A stretch of DNA of 64,000 nt from Parachlamydiales bacterium. Lineage in GTDB: Bacteria; Chlamydiota; Chlamydiia; Chlamydiales; SM23-39. The notes under the pieces were generated by a model that saw only the letters and a program-made list of their open reading frames with translations, had not been told where the DNA came from and ran no database searches. Every line of letters begins with the position of its first letter. Position 1 is the first letter of the stretch. The stretch is from positions 23,478 through 87,477 of the forward strand of contig CAWDBT010000001.1 in NCBI GenBank assembly GCA_963800655.1, in the 5' to 3' direction. Made by a program: the position numbers and the translations under genes. Positions 61,621 through 64,000 of the stretch are shown piece after piece.

Positions 61621-62059
61621 GGCGTTCTCTGCCTCGCTGCGAGCGGGGAAGAAGACGATCGCTACGCTCAACGGCTCCTTCGACTTGCTCCATGCAGGTC
61701 ATTTATTTATGATCCACGAGGCTTCCCGGCAGGCCGATTGTTTGATCGTCGCGCTGAATTCCGACGAGTCGATCCATAGCTATAAAAGTCCGCTTCGGCC
61801 CATCATTCCCTTGCAGCAGCGGCTCGAGATGATGGCGGCATTGGAGTTTGTCAGCTATGTGACCTATTTCCATGAGACGGATCCTTGCTCTTTATTGCAA
61901 AAGATCCGGCCGGATGTCCATGTGAATGGCGCTGAATATGGGGCGGAGTGCGTCGAAGCTCCGACCGTTCGAGCCTTGGGAGCGAGGCTTCATTTAGTCC
62001 GGAGAATCGAAGGATTATCCACCAGTGCAATCGTAGAAAAGATCAAGCAATGCGTTTAA
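61556..62059 (+). CDS. Cytidylyltransferase-fold protein (RfaE domain II / TagD-like nucleotidyltransferase)
   Basis: NGSFDLLHAGH (HxGH), IVALNSDES and STSAIVEKI. 167 aa. The 5' end overlaps the lon 3' end, so the start is uncertain. Confidence 0.65.
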   Translation: MKQCMSNPAWLQKKFVDPRELEAFSASLRAGKKTIATLNGSFDLLHAGHLFMIHEASRQADCLIVALNSDESIHSYKSPLRPIIPLQQRLEMMAALEFVSYVTYFHETDPCSLLQKIRPDVHVNGAEYGAECVEAPTVRALGARLHLVRRIEGLSTSAIVEKIKQCV

Positions 62060-63147
62060 TCGGAACTGTACTCAACGAATCCTATGCGAAGCGGCTCTCG
62101 GCGTATTTCGACCGCCAAAAGATTTCGCATCGCTGCGAGGCCGTCCTCGATCCTTCTCGCGGTTCGGTTTCCTATCAGCTTTGGGTAACTGATGAAGATC
62201 AGCTCGATCAGGCCCATGCGATGATGGTCCGCTTCCAGGAAAATCCAGGAGATCCCCTCTACAATATCCCCATCGAACAACTCGGTTCCGAAGAGAAAAA
62301 AGACGAGCCTCCGCGCCCTCCTGTCATGCGATCTCTTTGCCTGGCGACTTGGCTTTTTTTGATCCTTTGCATCGGTGTTTATGGGATCAACTGGGTGCAG
62401 GCGAAGGTTCTCGAAAAAACCCTGTCGCAAGAGGCTCCGCGAATTACTCCGGTCGAAGAAAAACTATTTTTCGACCTCCCCCGAGCTGTCGAAGAGATCG
62501 ACGCCTTGGCCCGCAAGACCGCCGATTCGGCCGAAGCTCAGCGGGAATTTCAGACCAAGGCCGAGGCGTGGCTCTCTATGCCTCGATGGGAAGGGGTGTA
62601 CTCCTGGCTCGTCTTGGAGATCAAGACGGGCAATGGCTCTGCTGCAGTAGGACCGATGTTTGTGAAAATCGGACAGGGAGAAGTGTGGCGCCTATTTTCC
62701 CCGTGTATTTTGCATCGCGATTTCCTCCACATTCTCTTCAACCTGATCTGGCTTTGGGCGCTTGGGCGTCCGATCGAAGAGAGAATTGGGTTTTGGCGCA
62801 CGCTTGCGCTTGCGTTAACCGCAGGGGTTTTCAGCAATTGCATCCAATATCTCGCGAGCGGATTTTATTTCATGGGCTATTCCGGGGTGATCATGGCCTT
62901 TGCAGGGTTTATTTGGATGCGCGAAAAAATCGCTCCCTGGGAAGGTTATCCGATCCATAAGTCCACCCTCAGGTTTTTGGCGATTTTTGTCTTCGGCATG
63001 CTGGCATTGCAGCTGGCCGCATTTGCGGTTCAAATCGCCTCTAATGCGGAATTTTCCGTGCCGATCGCAAACGCGGCCCATATCAGCGGATTGATTCTCG
63101 GCGCAGTATTGGGACGGATGGCCTTTTTTAAACGGAGCGTGCGATGA
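62050..63147 (+). CDS. Rhomboid-family intramembrane serine protease with an N-terminal cytoplasmic domain
   Basis: Start placed at [16 protein letters not shown]. Motifs [22 protein letters not shown] (catalytic Ser) and AHISGLILG (His). The track ORF begins at 61948. Confidence 0.8.
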   Translation: MRLIGTVLNESYAKRLSAYFDRQKISHRCEAVLDPSRGSVSYQLWVTDEDQLDQAHAMMVRFQENPGDPLYNIPIEQLGSEEKKDEPPRPPVMRSLCLATWLFLILCIGVYGINWVQAKVLEKTLSQEAPRITPVEEKLFFDLPRAVEEIDALARKTADSAEAQREFQTKAEAWLSMPRWEGVYSWLVLEIKTGNGSAAVGPMFVKIGQGEVWRLFSPCILHRDFLHILFNLIWLWALGRPIEERIGFWRTLALALTAGVFSNCIQYLASGFYFMGYSGVIMAFAGFIWMREKIAPWEGYPIHKSTLRFLAIFVFGMLALQLAAFAVQIASNAEFSVPIANAAHISGLILGAVLGRMAFFKRSVR

Positions 63148-64000
63148 GCGTGCGCGACATCACCATTCTAGGCTGTTCGAGTCAGCAGCCCACCCGCTTT
63201 CGCAACCACGGAGCTTATCTCGTGCGCTGGAACGACGAGGGGCTTCTCTTCGATCCGGGCGAGGGAACTCAGCGCCAGTTTATCTTTGCTGAAATCGCGC
63301 CTCCGGTCGTATCGAGAATTTTCATCAGCCATTTCCATGGGGATCATTGCCTCGGCCTCGGCTCGATGCTCATGCGGCTCAACCTCGATAAAGTATCTCA
63401 TCCGATCCATTGCTATTATCCGGCGAGCGGCAAGAAGAATTTCGACAGGCTCCGCTATGGCTGCGTCTATCGAGAACAGATCCAGGTCGTCGAGCATCCT
63501 GTAAAAACGGAAGGGCTGGTGGAGGACGACGGAAAATTTCGGATCGAAGCGGCCTTTCTCGAACATGGCGTCGAAAATATCGCCTGGCGGATCACCGAAC
63601 CCGATACGGTAAAATTCCGCAAAGAAGCGCTCAAGGAATTCGGCGTCGACGGCCCCGCCGTGCGCAAGCTCGAAGAAAAAGGTTCGCTGATCATCGATGG
63701 AAAAACCGTGAGGCTCGAAGACGTCAGTTATCGCCGTCCCGGAGACGCTCTAGCCTATGTAGTCGATACCCGCCCATGCCCTCAGGCCGTGGAGATTTCC
63801 CGTGGAGCGAAAGTGCTCATTTGCGAAAGCACGTATTTGGACGCCGACCGTGATCTGGCTCATGAATACATGCACATGACCGCCAAGCAAGCTGCGGAAC
63901 TAGCCCGCGATGCCGGGGTGCAGCAACTGATCATCACGCATTTTTCAGCTCGTTACCGCGATCCGGAAGAGCTCGGGATCGAGGCTCGGGCGGTATTCCC
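63144..64000 (+). CDS. rnz: Ribonuclease Z / metallo-beta-lactamase fold (3' end beyond the window)
   Basis: Not in the ORF track because it is edge-truncated. Hand translation from ATG 63144, which overlaps the rhomboid TGA, stays open to 64000: [70 protein letters not shown]. Confidence 0.85.
   Translation, partial: MSVRDITILGCSSQQPTRFRNHGAYLVRWNDEGLLFDPGEGTQRQFIFAEIAPPVVSRIFISHFHGDHCLGLGSMLMRLNLDKVSHPIHCYYPASGKKNFDRLRYGCVYREQIQVVEHPVKTEGLVEDDGKFRIEAAFLEHGVENIAWRITEPDTVKFRKEALKEFGVDGPAVRKLEEKGSLIIDGKTVRLEDVSYRRPGDALAYVVDTRPCPQAVEISRGAKVLICESTYLDADRDLAHEYMHMTAKQAAELARDAGVQQLIITHFSARYRDPEELGIEARAVF

Overview
By gene content and order, this window looks like chromosome from an environmental member of the Chlamydiae. 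From memory of the C. trachomatis map, three conserved core blocks match: trxA-trmL-mip-hisS-uhpC-dnaE (like CT539-545), lnt-lpxC-fabZ-lpxA-fmt-[Inc-like]-rplC...rplQ-gapA (like CT534-505), and dnaJ-rpsU-tsaB-lon...RNase Z (like CT341-346). The ribosomal cluster has the chlamydial layout, with no rpsJ, rpsN, rpmD, adk, map, infA or rpmJ.

Two accessory segments lie between these blocks:
- An islet at about 12.6-16.0 kb, bounded by AT-rich DNA. It carries a frame-broken membrane-anchored ORF, a second unknown ORF and a small acidic ORF.
- A segment of about 14 kb (42.2-56.6 kb) around tRNA-Leu(UAA). It carries a secreted GyrI-like protein, CsaA, a Nudix hydrolase, a beta-carbonic anhydrase, kdpFABC with a beta-barrel outer-membrane gene overlapping kdpC, a second paralogous barrel gene, a BAAT-type thioesterase, a POT transporter and a small Inc-like ORF.

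Other notable points:
- A dispersed intergenic repeat of about 55-60 nt occurs at least five times. One site is a 148-bp composite hairpin, and copies bracket the Inc-like gene in the CT529 slot.
- A related AGAGGG..CTGCAAAG head motif recurs upstream of several genes.
- A 29-codon kdpF and two edge-truncated ORFs (1-1980 minus, 63144-64000 plus) are missing from the supplied ORF track.

Major caveat: dozens of +/-1 frame disruptions hit essential genes (most ribosomal proteins, secY, rpoA, lon, dnaE), and they come in blocks. I read these as probable sequencing or assembly indels, so coordinates for those genes are reconstructions. No CRISPR array, transposase, prophage or recognisable defence system was seen.
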